This document shows, one piece after another, positions 1 to 8,131 of a stretch of 64,000 nucleotides of DNA. Position numbers and translations under genes: made by a program. A model generated the notes under the pieces. That model was not told where the DNA came from. It ran no database searches and worked only from the letters and a program-made list of their open reading frames with translations. How positions within the stretch are numbered: position 1 is the stretch's first letter; each line of letters begins with the position of its first letter. This stretch comes from an uncultured Clostridia bacterium (lineage in GTDB: Bacteria > Bacillota > Clostridia > TANB77 > CAG-508), in assembly GCA_947626605.1 (NCBI GenBank), contig CANQSV010000005.1, forward strand, positions 647 to 64,646. The letters run 5' to 3'.

Positions 1-56
1 AGAATTGCTACTAAAAGAATTAAAACAAATATTGATTTTATTGACATCTTTTGCAT
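1..56 (-). CDS. BspA-type LRR surface protein paralog; only the N-terminal signal-peptide end is present (gene runs off the left edge)
   Basis: Minus-strand reading gives MQKMSIKSIFVLILLVAI... This is near-identical to the N-terminus of the 600-2456 gene. An SD (AAGGGGAG) lies upstream of the ATG at 56. Confidence 0.55.
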   Translation of the reverse strand, partial: MQKMSIKSIFVLILLVAI

Positions 57-95
57 TTTTTCTCCCCTTTTCATCCGTAATTTTTTTCTGAAAAT

Positions 96-123
96 ATTAT
101 AAAAAAAAAAAAATACCTGTCAA
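96..123 (-). promoter_or_regulatory. Sigma-A-type promoter TTGACA-N16-TATAAT whose spacer is GGTA plus a T13 homopolymer (copy 1)
   Basis: The minus strand reads TTGACAGGTATTTTTTTTTTTTTATAAT, about 40 nt upstream of the LRR paralog start. Confidence 0.5.
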
Positions 124-178
124 TATTTTTCAAAATTTGTCATATAAATGTAATATGGTGGGTTATGTTTTTGTTGTT

Positions 179-300
179 CGGGTCGCGTCGATGCTGAGGC
201 TGTTAAGGCTTTGCCTGTTGTAGAGACTGGCGTCCAGCAGGTATACTGAAGCTGTAACAGGCAAAGCCTTAACAGCTTCAGCACCAACAGCCCGTGCATC
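179..300. repeat. GC-rich composite palindrome (module E, copy 1)
   Basis: 27-bp inverted arms at 193-219 and 256-282 with 1 mismatch. There is an inner hairpin CTGAAGCTGT / ACAGCTTCAG (246-281) and a sub-hairpin CTGGcgtCCAG (227-237). A related copy lies at 7041-7110. Confidence 0.8.
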
Positions 301-379
301 ATTGAACATATAGAGGTGTTATTTTACATCTACCTATTGTTTTATTTCTATTATTATAATATTTTAATTTTATAGTATT

Positions 380-548
380 TTAACATCTCTACTGTTTTTG
401 GTTGTTCGGGTCGTCGAGGACGCCGACCCCTACACATGTGCAATGCATTTGCATTGCAATTAATAATTGATAATTAATAATGAATAATATATAATTTTTT
501 TACATTAATTATTCATTATTCATTTTTCATCATTCAATATTCATTAAA
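380..548. repeat. Modular intergenic repeat array A-B-C-D
   Basis: A is TTAACATCTCTAC (380-392). B is cGGGTCGtcgaggacgcCGACCCCTACA (407-434). C is the TGCAATGCAtttGCATTGCA hairpin (437-460). D is an AT-rich ATTCATT-rich block (461-548). The same modules recur at 5.5, 7.0, 9.4, 10.3, 13.8 and 44.1 kb. Confidence 0.8.
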
Positions 549-556
549 CATAAAAA

Positions 557-581
557 CGGGAGACCACTGGTCTCCCCTACG
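557..581 (-). terminator. Module-B hairpin that also has the form of an intrinsic terminator for the LRR gene
   Basis: The minus strand reads GTAGGGGAGACCagtGGTCTCCCGTTTTTAT, 19 nt after the stop at 600. It has an 8-bp GC-rich stem followed by a T-run. Confidence 0.6.
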
Positions 582-599
582 TTTCATTTAAAAATCTCT

Positions 600-2456
600 C
601 TATTTTATATCTTTTAAATAATTATATTTGCGATATGCGTATATTCCATATACTGTTGCAATTATAACTATTACCATTATTCCTCTTCCCAATCCTGTTT
701 GTGGTAATATTGTTTGTGATACTGTGTTGTCTTTCTTTCCTGTTGTTTTATTCTTTGATGAACTAGATGTGCTTGGTTTATTGTTACTTGTATTTGTTTT
801 CTTATCATTATCTATACTTGCACTTTGTACTGAGCCATTGGTATTTGAGTTGTTGTTATTGCCATTGTTATTATCACTATTATTGTCATTTACATTAGAA
901 CCTGCATTGTTGTTATTATCTGTTTCATTATCTTCATCATCTGATGTTGTTGGATTAGATGGTCTTGTTAAATATACTCTTTTAATAGAATATTCTTCAC
1001 CATATTTATCAGCAACAGAATCTTTGTAGCAGTAAATTGTTAGGTCATCACTGTGATCCCTCCCAAATGCATTCCCACCAATTTTTGTAACATTATCCAA
1101 AATTGTAATTTTCTTTAAACCTATACAATCAACAAAAGAACAATCTCCTATTTCCTTTACTGAATTTGGTATTATAGCTTCAGTTATTCCTTTGCAACCT
1201 TCTAGTAAATATCGTGGTATTCTTTGAATACCTTCTTCAAACGTTACACTTGTTATATTATCACATCCTGGGAATGGGGCCCCACCTCCATCTACAGATA
1301 GACTTTTAGGAATATATAATGAAGTTAAGCCCTTGCAATTTTCAAATGCACCTCCTCCTAACAGAGTAACTCCTGTTCCAAAATTTATTTTGGTTAAACT
1401 TGTACAACCATGGAAAGCATAAGGCCCTATTTCCTTTACTGAATTTGGTATTGTAACTTCAGTTATTCCCTTGCAATTGAATAGTAAATAGCTTGGTATC
1501 CTTGGAATACCTTCTTCAAACGTTACACTTGTTATATTATCACATCCTGAGAATGTAGATGAATGTTCATATCCATCTTCAGATAGACTTTTAGGAATAT
1601 ATAATGATGTTAAGCCTTTACAATCTTCAAATGCCCAACCTCCTAACTTCGTAATTCCTGTTCCAAAATTTACTTTCTTTAAACCTGTACAACCTTTGAA
1701 TGCCCAGAATCCTATTTCCTTTACTGAATTTGGTATTGTAAGCTCTTTTAATTCTGTACAACCACTGAAAGCCTTATACCCTATTTTCTTTACTGAATTT
1801 GATATTGTAAGCTCTTTTAAACCTGTACAAGCAAGGAAAGCAGAATCCCCTATTTCCTTTACTGAATTTGGTATTATAGCTTCAGTTATTCCTTTGCAAC
1901 CTTCTAGTAGATATTTTGGTATTCTTTGAATACCTTCTTCAAACGTTACACTTGTTATATTATCACATCCTGAGAATGGATCTGAACCTCCATCTTCAGA
2001 TAGACTTTTAGGAATATATAATGAGGTTAAGCCCTTACAATTTCGAAATGCCCAATCTTCTAGCTTCGTAACTCCTGTCCCCAAATTTATTTTTGTTAAA
2101 CCTGTACAACCATAGAAAGCACTAGCCCCTATTTCCTTTACTGAATTTGGTATTGTAAGCTCTTTTAATCCTGTACAACCATAGAAAGCAGCACTCCCTA
2201 TTTTAGTTACTTTCTTTCCCTCAATTTCATTTGGTATTGTAAGTTCTCCTTTTATTGCTTTTTGATTTGTACAAACCAAATTCACTACTTCATTAGAGTC
2301 ATTTAGTTTATATGTAAAATTAATATCTTCATTTCCTACCTTCATAGTATAAGTTTTCTTATCGTTATCTGCTGCATGTACAAATGTTGGAAATAATAGC
2401 AGAATTGCTACTAAAAGAATAAAAACAAATATTGATTTTATTGACATCTTTTGCAT
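600..2456 (-). CDS. Cell-wall-anchored BspA-type leucine-rich-repeat surface protein (LPXTG sortase substrate)
   Basis: Signal peptide MQKMSIKSIFVFILLVAILLLFPTFVHA. Many repeats of the form IPNSVKEIGxxAFxGCTxL. An N/S/T-rich linker, then LPQTG, a TM segment and a basic tail. The SD-supported ATG is at 2456; the ORF-track start at 2474 lacks an SD. Confidence 0.85.
   Translation of the reverse strand: MQKMSIKSIFVFILLVAILLLFPTFVHAADNDKKTYTMKVGNEDINFTYKLNDSNEVVNLVCTNQKAIKGELTIPNEIEGKKVTKIGSAAFYGCTGLKELTIPNSVKEIGASAFYGCTGLTKINLGTGVTKLEDWAFRNCKGLTSLYIPKSLSEDGGSDPFSGCDNITSVTFEEGIQRIPKYLLEGCKGITEAIIPNSVKEIGDSAFLACTGLKELTISNSVKKIGYKAFSGCTELKELTIPNSVKEIGFWAFKGCTGLKKVNFGTGITKLGGWAFEDCKGLTSLYIPKSLSEDGYEHSSTFSGCDNITSVTFEEGIPRIPSYLLFNCKGITEVTIPNSVKEIGPYAFHGCTSLTKINFGTGVTLLGGGAFENCKGLTSLYIPKSLSVDGGGAPFPGCDNITSVTFEEGIQRIPRYLLEGCKGITEAIIPNSVKEIGDCSFVDCIGLKKITILDNVTKIGGNAFGRDHSDDLTIYCYKDSVADKYGEEYSIKRVYLTRPSNPTTSDDEDNETDNNNNAGSNVNDNNSDNNNGNNNNSNTNGSVQSASIDNDKKTNTSNNKPSTSSSSKNKTTGKKDNTVSQTILPQTGLGRGIMVIVIIATVYGIYAYRKYNYLKDIK
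1040..2230. repeat. Intragenic LRR repeats, including a roughly 190-bp segment duplicated at a 702-bp offset
   Basis: Segment 1146-1335 matches 1848-2037 at an estimated 90 percent identity by eye. The protein shows a 234-aa super-repeat (GITEAIIPNSVKEIGD... occurs twice). Confidence 0.75.
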
Positions 2457-2495
2457 TTTTTCTCCCCTTTTCATCGGTAATTTTTTTCTGAAAAT

Positions 2496-2523
2496 ATTAT
2501 AAAAAAAAAAAAATACCTGTCAA
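2496..2523 (-). promoter_or_regulatory. Sigma-A-type promoter TTGACA-N16-TATAAT with a T13 tract in the spacer (copy 2)
   Basis: Identical to 96-123. -35 at 2518-2523, -10 at 2496-2501, homopolymer at 2501-2513. Confidence 0.5.
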
Positions 2524-2559
2524 TATTTTTCAAAATTTGTCATGTAAATGTAATATAAG

Positions 2560-2694
2560 ATTTTCTATGTTTTTTCGTAGCGAGCTTGTGTGGGGACCGA
2601 CGAGTTAGAAAATATTAAAGAAATGCATCGTCAGATGCATTTCTTTATATAGTTTCTACGAAGTTGGGACGAGCGAGAAAAAAGCATAGAAAAT
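2560..2694. repeat. 135-bp MITE-like palindromic element with GC-rich internal blocks
   Basis: Terminal inverted repeats ATTTTCTATG(C)TTTTTTC at 2560-2576 and 2677-2694. Central hairpin at 2617-2646. Internal GTGGGGACCGACGAG and GGGACGAGCGAG blocks stand out against the AT-rich background. Confidence 0.6.
2617..2646. terminator. Hairpin downstream of acpP (candidate terminator of the fab operon)
   Basis: AAAGAAATGCATCgtcaGATGCATTTCTTT, a 13-bp stem followed on the minus strand by AATATTTT. Confidence 0.5.
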
Positions 2695-2711
2695 TTGGGT
2701 AATTATATTCT

Positions 2712-2951
2712 CTATTTATGTTCTTTTATGTATTTTACTACGTCCCCAACTGTTACAATTTTTTCTGCATCTTCATCTGGTATTTCCATCTCAAATTCTT
2801 CCTCAATACTCATTACTAGTTCAACTATATCTAGAGAATCAGCTGATAAGTCATCAACAAAAGTTGCCTCCTCTTTAATTAAACTTTCTTCTACTCCTAA
2901 TTGATCTACTATAATTCCTTTTAATTTTTCAAAGATTTCTTCGTCTGTCAT
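2712..2951 (-). CDS. acpP: Acyl carrier protein
   Basis: Phosphopantetheine attachment motif [14 protein letters not shown]. Size is 79-83 aa and it sits in the fab operon. The start is either 2951 (MTDEE) or 2963; the SD GAAAGGA abuts the 2963 ATG. Confidence 0.9.
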   Translation of the reverse strand: MTDEEIFEKLKGIIVDQLGVEESLIKEEATFVDDLSADSLDIVELVMSIEEEFEMEIPDEDAEKIVTVGDVVKYIKEHK

Positions 2952-2996
2952 TTTATAATCCATCCTTTCTTAATTATATATTATTTTTTTTCAATA

Positions 2997-3770
2997 TTAA
3001 ATTCCCATGATATTATATCCACTGTCTGCATATATAACTTGACCTGTTATACATTCAGACATACTGCTTAATAAGAATGTTGCAACATCTCCAACTTGAG
3101 TTGTTGTTACATTTCTATGTAAAGGTGCTCTTTCTTCTACAACTGTTAATATTGAATTAAAATCTTTAATTCCTTTTGCAGATAATGTTTTTATTGGACC
3201 TGCAGAAACAGCATTAACTCTTATTCCTTCTCTTCCTAAATTTTCTGCTAAATATCTAACACTTGATTCTAGTGCTGCTTTTGCAATTCCCATAACATTA
3301 TATCCTTCTAATACTTTTGTAGAACCATGATATGTTAATGTAACAATACTTGCATTTTCGTTTAGCATATCCAATTCTTTTGCCATTCTAGCTGTTAATA
3401 CTAAAGAATATGCACTTACGTCATTCGCATGACTAAATCCTTCTTTACTTGTAAATATAAAATCATTATGCAAATCCTCTGTATTAGCATGTGCTATTGC
3501 GTGAACTATTCCATCTACTTTTCCATTTTCTTCTTTTATTTTTGTAAATACTTCTTTAACAAGTTCATCTTCTGATGCACCATTTAATACATATAATTGT
3601 CTTCCTTCAAATTCTTTAGTTAGCTCTTCAATTTTGTCTTTGTTTTCTTCTCCCATATATGTAAAAATTAATTTAGCACCATTTTCATATGCTGATTTTG
3701 CTATACCATAGGCAATGCTCCATTTGTTTCTTATTCCCATTATTAAAATTTTCTTTCCTTCTAATAACAT
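2997..3770 (-). CDS. fabI: Enoyl-ACP reductase (FabI type)
   Basis: N-terminus GIRNKWSIAYGIAKSAYENGAKLIFTY plus an SDR fold with Y..MGIAKAALE, typical of FabI. SD AAGGAGG. Confidence 0.85.
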   Translation of the reverse strand: MLLEGKKILIMGIRNKWSIAYGIAKSAYENGAKLIFTYMGEENKDKIEELTKEFEGRQLYVLNGASEDELVKEVFTKIKEENGKVDGIVHAIAHANTEDLHNDFIFTSKEGFSHANDVSAYSLVLTARMAKELDMLNENASIVTLTYHGSTKVLEGYNVMGIAKAALESSVRYLAENLGREGIRVNAVSAGPIKTLSAKGIKDFNSILTVVEERAPLHRNVTTTQVGDVATFLLSSMSECITGQVIYADSGYNIMGI

Positions 3771-3789
3771 TTTATATCCTCCTTATTAA

Positions 3790-4605
3790 TTATAATATTT
3801 TATATTCACCCATATTTCTAAATTTTTGATATCTTTCTTCTACAATTTCTTGCGAATTTTTTTCATTCATTTCAGAAATGCATAAGGTAATTTCTTTCTT
3901 TATACTTTTAGAAACTTTTTTTATGAAATCTTCTTTCTCTTCAACTTTTGGTTCTTTAATAATTTTATCTATTACTTTGAATTCATATAAATCTTTAGCA
4001 GTTAATTTCATTTTTTCTGCAGCTTCTTTTGCTCTAGATGAATCTTTCCATAATATACTAGAAAAACCTTCTGGTGAAAGTATTGAGTATATCGCATTTT
4101 CTAACATAAATACTTTATTTCCTACACCCAATGCCAAAGCTCCACCACTTGATCCTTCTCCTATAACTACTACTATAATTGGAACTTTTAACTTTGCCAT
4201 TTCAAACATTGATTTTGCAATAGCTTCTCCTTGTCCTCTTTCCTCTGCACCTAGTCCCGGATATGCACCTTTTGTATCTACAAATGTAATTACAGGTCTT
4301 TTGAATTTTTCTGCTTGTTTCATAAATCTTATTGCTTTTCTGTAACTCTCAGGATTTGGCATTCCAAAATTTCTTTCTATATTCTCCTTAGTTGATCTAC
4401 CTTTTTGTTCTGCAATTATAGTAAAATTCTGTGTTCCTATTTTACCTAATCCACAGCAAATTGCTTTGTCATCTTTAAAAGCTCTGTCTCCATGTAACTC
4501 TATAAATTCATCAAAAATCTGCTCAATATAGTCTAATGCTGTTGGTCTTTTAGGATTTCTTGCAATTTCAACTTTTTCCCATGCTGTTATTTTTGTATTA
4601 GACAT
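3790..4605 (-). CDS. accA: Acetyl-CoA carboxylase carboxyltransferase alpha subunit
   Basis: [23 protein letters not shown] and [10 protein letters not shown] motifs. The ATG at 4605 lies 8 nt after GGAGG. It overlaps the accD stop by 8 nt. Confidence 0.9.
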   Translation of the reverse strand: MSNTKITAWEKVEIARNPKRPTALDYIEQIFDEFIELHGDRAFKDDKAICCGLGKIGTQNFTIIAEQKGRSTKENIERNFGMPNPESYRKAIRFMKQAEKFKRPVITFVDTKGAYPGLGAEERGQGEAIAKSMFEMAKLKVPIIVVVIGEGSSGGALALGVGNKVFMLENAIYSILSPEGFSSILWKDSSRAKEAAEKMKLTAKDLYEFKVIDKIIKEPKVEEKEDFIKKVSKSIKKEITLCISEMNEKNSQEIVEERYQKFRNMGEYKIL

Positions 4606-5452
4606 TGCCACTTCCTCCTTTATGATATTGAATTAATTTATATAAAGTTTCTTTTAAATCTTTTCTTTCAACAATCTTATCTATAAAGCCATGTTCTAAC
4701 AAAAATTCAGCTGTTTGAAAACCTTCTGGCAAAGATTCTCCTATAGTCTGTTCTATAACTCTCTGACCTGCAAATCCAATCATAGCTCCTGGTTCTGCTA
4801 AAACAATATCTCCTAAACTTGCAAAAGAAGCTGTAACTCCTCCATAAGTTGGATCTGTTAAAACAGAAATATACAAACCTCCTGCTTCATCTAATTTTGT
4901 TAAAGCTGCTGTTGTTTTTGCCATCTGCATTAAAGATATTATTCCTTCTTGCATTCGAGCTCCACCTGATACACAAAAAATTATAAGTGGTAATTTTAAA
5001 GCTATTGCTTGTTCTATTGCATATGTAATCTTTTCGCCTACAACAACTCCCATACTTCCCATCATAAATCCACTATCCATAACACATATAACAACTTCTT
5101 CACCATTAATTTTACCAGTACCACATGCTACAGCTTCTTGTAAACCTGTTTTTTCTCTTAAAGCTTTTAATTTTTTAGGATATTCTTCTATTTCTAATGG
5201 ATTATTTGTATCTATATTTATATCAAATTTTTTATATGTATCTTCATCTAAAATCATTTTTAATCTTCTATTTATATGCATTCTGAAATAATGTCCGCAA
5301 TTTGGGCAAATACTCAAATTTTCTCTTACATCATCTTTATATACAATTTCTTTGCATTTATCACATTTTATCCATTTGCCTACTGGAATATCTATATTAG
5401 ATGTTTTATTTTTAGCAGATGGTTCACGTTTTTTTATTTTATCTACTATCAT
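4598..5452 (-). CDS. accD: Acetyl-CoA carboxylase carboxyltransferase beta subunit
   Basis: Zn ribbon CDKCKE..CPNCGHY plus the carboxyltransferase domain. The true ATG is at 5452, after GGTGAGGAAA. The 76-codon upstream extension in the ORF track reads through repeat elements. Confidence 0.9.
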   Translation of the reverse strand: MIVDKIKKREPSAKNKTSNIDIPVGKWIKCDKCKEIVYKDDVRENLSICPNCGHYFRMHINRRLKMILDEDTYKKFDINIDTNNPLEIEEYPKKLKALREKTGLQEAVACGTGKINGEEVVICVMDSGFMMGSMGVVVGEKITYAIEQAIALKLPLIIFCVSGGARMQEGIISLMQMAKTTAALTKLDEAGGLYISVLTDPTYGGVTASFASLGDIVLAEPGAMIGFAGQRVIEQTIGESLPEGFQTAEFLLEHGFIDKIVERKDLKETLYKLIQYHKGGSGNV

Positions 5453-5501
5453 TTTCCTCACCTTTAAGATTCTATTATTATATACCAATATTTTATATTG
5501 T

Positions 5502-5647
5502 GCGGGAGACCACTGGTCTCCCCTACGTGTGTTTATATTATTTTCTCTGTAGGGGCCGACCATTGGTCGCCCGTTTTGCCTAGTATTTTGTTGAAATAAC
5601 ATCTCTACCATTTTTGTGCTGTCGGGAGACCTCTGTTTTCCTCTACA
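5502..5647. repeat. Repeat cluster in the accC-accD spacer: B(+), B(-), A(+), decayed B(+)
   Basis: gcGGGAGACCactGGTCTCCCCTACg at 5502-5527. GTAGGGGCCGACCattGGTCGCCCg at 5549-5573. TAACATCTCTAC at 5597-5608. gtcGGGAGACCtctgttttCCTCTACA at 5621-5647. Confidence 0.8.
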
Positions 5648-6983
5648 AATTAAAATTCTTACTAATAAATGATGTATCAAAATCCCCTCTAATAAAATCT
5701 GGTGTCCTTATTATTTCAAATATAAAATCAGCATTTGTATCAACACCTTCTATTACCAATTCTTCTAGTGCTCTTTTCATTTTAGCAATAGCTTCATTTC
5801 TCGTGGTTCCATGTACAATTATTTTTGCAATCATAGAATCATATGTAAAAGGAATTGTGTAACCTTCATAAATTCCTGTATCAATTCTTATGCCATTTCC
5901 TCCTGGTAAATTAAGTCCTGTAATTTTTCCTGGGCAAGGCATAAAATTCTTTTTAGGATTTTCAGCATTTATTCTGCATTCTATTGAATGTCCCTTAAAT
6001 TCTATATCTTCTTGTTTAAATTTTAATTGTTCTCCTGCAGCAATTCTAATTTGTTCTTTTACAATATCTATTCCTGTTCTCATCTCTGTTATAGGATGCT
6101 CTACTTGAATTCTTGTATTCATTTCCATAAAGTAAAAGTTTTTATCACTATCTACTAAAAATTCAACTGTTCCACAACTTGTATAGCCAGCAATTTTCGC
6201 TGCTCTTATTGCAGCTTCTCCCATTTTATTTCTAAGATTTTCATCTACTATTGTTGATGGAGTTTCTTCTATTACCTTTTGATGTTTTCTTTGAATAGAA
6301 CAATCCCTTTCTCCAAGATGAACTATATTTCCGTGTTCATCTGCTAATATTTGAATTTCTACGTGTCTAGGATTTTTAACAAATTTTTCTATATATAATT
6401 CATCATCATTAAAAGAAATTTTTGCCTCTTGTTTTACTAAATTATAATTTTTTTCAAGTTCTTCTGGATTATTAACTATTCTTATTCCTTTTCCTCCACC
6501 ACCTGCAGCTGCTTTAATCATTAAAGGATATCCTATCTCATCTGCAATTTTTTTTGCTTCTTCTAATGTTTTTATATTTCCATCAGATCCCGGGATTACT
6601 GGTACTCCTGCTTTTTTCATCATCTTCTTTGCATTTGATTTGTTTCCCAATAATTCAATTACTTCTGATTTTGGTCCTATAAACTTGATATTTGATTCCT
6701 CACATATTTTAGCAAATTGCGTATTTTCAGATAAGAAACCAAATCCAGGATGTATACTATCACTTCCTGTTATATAAGCTGCTTCTATTATATTTTTTAT
6801 ATTCAGATAACTCTTATTTGAAGGTGCAGGACCTATGCAAATTGACTCATCTGCTAATCTGGTATGTAAAGCATCTTTATCTGCTTCTGAGTATACTGCT
6901 ACTGTTTTTATATTCATCTCTTTACATGCTCTGATAACACGAACTGCAATTTCACCACGATTTGCAATTAATATCTTATTCAT
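5643..6983 (-). CDS. accC: Biotin carboxylase subunit of acetyl-CoA carboxylase
   Basis: [15 protein letters not shown] start and ATP-grasp motifs ([18 protein letters not shown]). The ATG at 6983 follows AAAGGAA. The stop TAG at 5643-5645 lies inside the CTACA tail of a repeat. Confidence 0.9.
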   Translation of the reverse strand: MNKILIANRGEIAVRVIRACKEMNIKTVAVYSEADKDALHTRLADESICIGPAPSNKSYLNIKNIIEAAYITGSDSIHPGFGFLSENTQFAKICEESNIKFIGPKSEVIELLGNKSNAKKMMKKAGVPVIPGSDGNIKTLEEAKKIADEIGYPLMIKAAAGGGGKGIRIVNNPEELEKNYNLVKQEAKISFNDDELYIEKFVKNPRHVEIQILADEHGNIVHLGERDCSIQRKHQKVIEETPSTIVDENLRNKMGEAAIRAAKIAGYTSCGTVEFLVDSDKNFYFMEMNTRIQVEHPITEMRTGIDIVKEQIRIAAGEQLKFKQEDIEFKGHSIECRINAENPKKNFMPCPGKITGLNLPGGNGIRIDTGIYEGYTIPFTYDSMIAKIIVHGTTRNEAIAKMKRALEELVIEGVDTNADFIFEIIRTPDFIRGDFDTSFISKNFNL

Positions 6984-7012
6984 GGCAACATTTCCTTTCT
7001 TTATTTCGTAAA

Positions 7013-7110
7013 TTAACATCTCTATATGTTTTATTGTGAACGGGTCGTCGATGCTGAGGCTGTTAAGGCTCTGCCTGCTACAGCCTCAGTATGCTGTGCT
7101 GGACGTTGTT
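7013..7110. repeat. Module A plus module E (copy 2) in the fabZ-accC spacer
   Basis: TTAACATCTCTAT at 7013-7025. CGGGTCGTCGATG then the hairpin CTGAGGCTGT-16 nt-ACAGCCTCAG (7054-7089). It shares CGGGTCG(CG)TCGATGCTGAGGCTGTTAAGGCT with 179-210. Confidence 0.8.
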
Positions 7111-7124
7111 AAAAAAACGCGCTC

Positions 7125-7547
7125 TTACACTAGTGCAAATGTTATTTCACCTTTGGCTGCTACTTTTCCATCTACAGTAGCAATAGCTTCTCCAACTCCT
7201 ATTGGACCTTTTCTTTTGATTATTTTTACTTCTAATTTTAATCTATCTCCAGGAACTACCATTTTTTTGAATTTCATTTTATCTATGCCACCAAATAAAG
7301 CATTCTTCCCCTTATTTTCTTCCATTGCAAGAATTGCTACAGCTCCTGTTTGTGCTAAACTTTCTACAATTAGAACTCCTGGCATTATAGGATTACCTGG
7401 AAAATGTCCTTGAAAATACCATTCATCTGCACTTACATTCTTATATGCTACAGCACTCTCTCCTAATACTATTTCTTCAACTTCGTCAATCATTAAAAAT
7501 GGCTCTCTCTGAGGAATAATTTCTTTTATCTGTTCTTTATTTAACAT
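7125..7547 (-). CDS. fabZ: 3-hydroxyacyl-ACP dehydratase
   Basis: [12 protein letters not shown] hot-dog active-site motif, 140 aa. Confidence 0.9.
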   Translation of the reverse strand: MLNKEQIKEIIPQREPFLMIDEVEEIVLGESAVAYKNVSADEWYFQGHFPGNPIMPGVLIVESLAQTGAVAILAMEENKGKNALFGGIDKMKFKKMVVPGDRLKLEVKIIKRKGPIGVGEAIATVDGKVAAKGEITFALV

Positions 7548-7634
7548 AATATTATTTTCACTCCTTTTATTAGTTAATTCGAAAAGATTAAACTTAATGA
7601 CTTCAAACTTCTACTTATTTGAATTTGTCTTTTT

Positions 7635-8099
7635 TTATTTTATTTTGAAAAGAGGTGCTCCATATTCGACAGGTTTACCATCTTCTACAAGAATTTCAAC
7701 AATTTCTCCATCAAATTCAGATTCAATCTCATTCATTAATTTCATTGCTTCAATGATACAAAGCACATCACCTTTTTTTACTTTTTTTCCTATTTCAACA
7801 TAAGCTTCTGCATCTGGTGATGACTTTCTATAAAAAGTTCCAACCATTGGAGATTTTACAACTTTGCCATCTTCAATTTCAGTATTGTGTTTTTCTTCTA
7901 CTTTTACAACACTATTTTGTATTGTTTCTTCTTTTACAGGACGTTCTTCAACAACTGCTTCTGTAATTATTGTCTTATTCTCTTTTTTCATTCTAATTTT
8001 TGTTCCATCTGGAAAATCAATGTCAAGTGCAGTTAATTTTGAGTTTCCCATATCGTCCATTAGTTTTTTTATCTTCTCGTATTCCATCTTCCTCATCAT
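7635..8099 (-). CDS. accB: Biotin carboxyl carrier protein
   Basis: C-terminal biotinyl domain with the EAMKLMNEI motif. Confidence 0.9.
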   Translation of the reverse strand: MMRKMEYEKIKKLMDDMGNSKLTALDIDFPDGTKIRMKKENKTIITEAVVEERPVKEETIQNSVVKVEEKHNTEIEDGKVVKSPMVGTFYRKSSPDAEAYVEIGKKVKKGDVLCIIEAMKLMNEIESEFDGEIVEILVEDGKPVEYGAPLFKIK

Positions 8100-8131
8100 T
8101 CCTTTCTAAAATTTTTTAATAGATTAACATA

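Larger units (their letters stand above)
1..156. repeat. 156-bp direct repeat (second copy at 2401-2556) covering the signal-peptide codons, 5' UTR and promoter of the LRR genes
   Basis: Base-by-base comparison shows 3 mismatches (positions 21, 76, 144 versus 2421, 2476, 2544). Identity ends at 156/2556. Confidence 0.9.

Noticed and set aside
179-300. The GC-rich structured region considered as a stand-alone ncRNA gene (SRP RNA, 6S RNA, tmRNA or a riboswitch).
   Set aside because: None of the conserved motifs of these RNAs are present. The sequence is multi-copy and shares arms with the dispersed hairpin family, so a repeat element is the better explanation.
120-302. A 60-aa ORF on the minus strand, and the related start of the 125-aa ORF at 7036-7413 on the plus strand. 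They share the peptide LLRLCLLQxQY.
   Set aside because: Both lie in the GC-rich module-E repeat, and the similarity is a consequence of the DNA repeat. There is no SD. The 7036-7413 ORF is antisense to fabZ.
5502-5527. All GC-rich module-B hairpins considered as ordinary rho-independent terminators.
   Set aside because: Only the copy at 557-581 has a T-run on the transcribed strand. The copies inside the fab operon are followed by non-T sequence and by the next gene's SD.
5453-5680. N-terminal extensions of accD (to 5680), accC (to 7019) and fabG (to 10315) in the ORF track.
   Set aside because: The extensions read through the repeat hairpins, lack an SD, and add non-homologous residues. 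Internal ATGs with good SDs give canonical N-termini.
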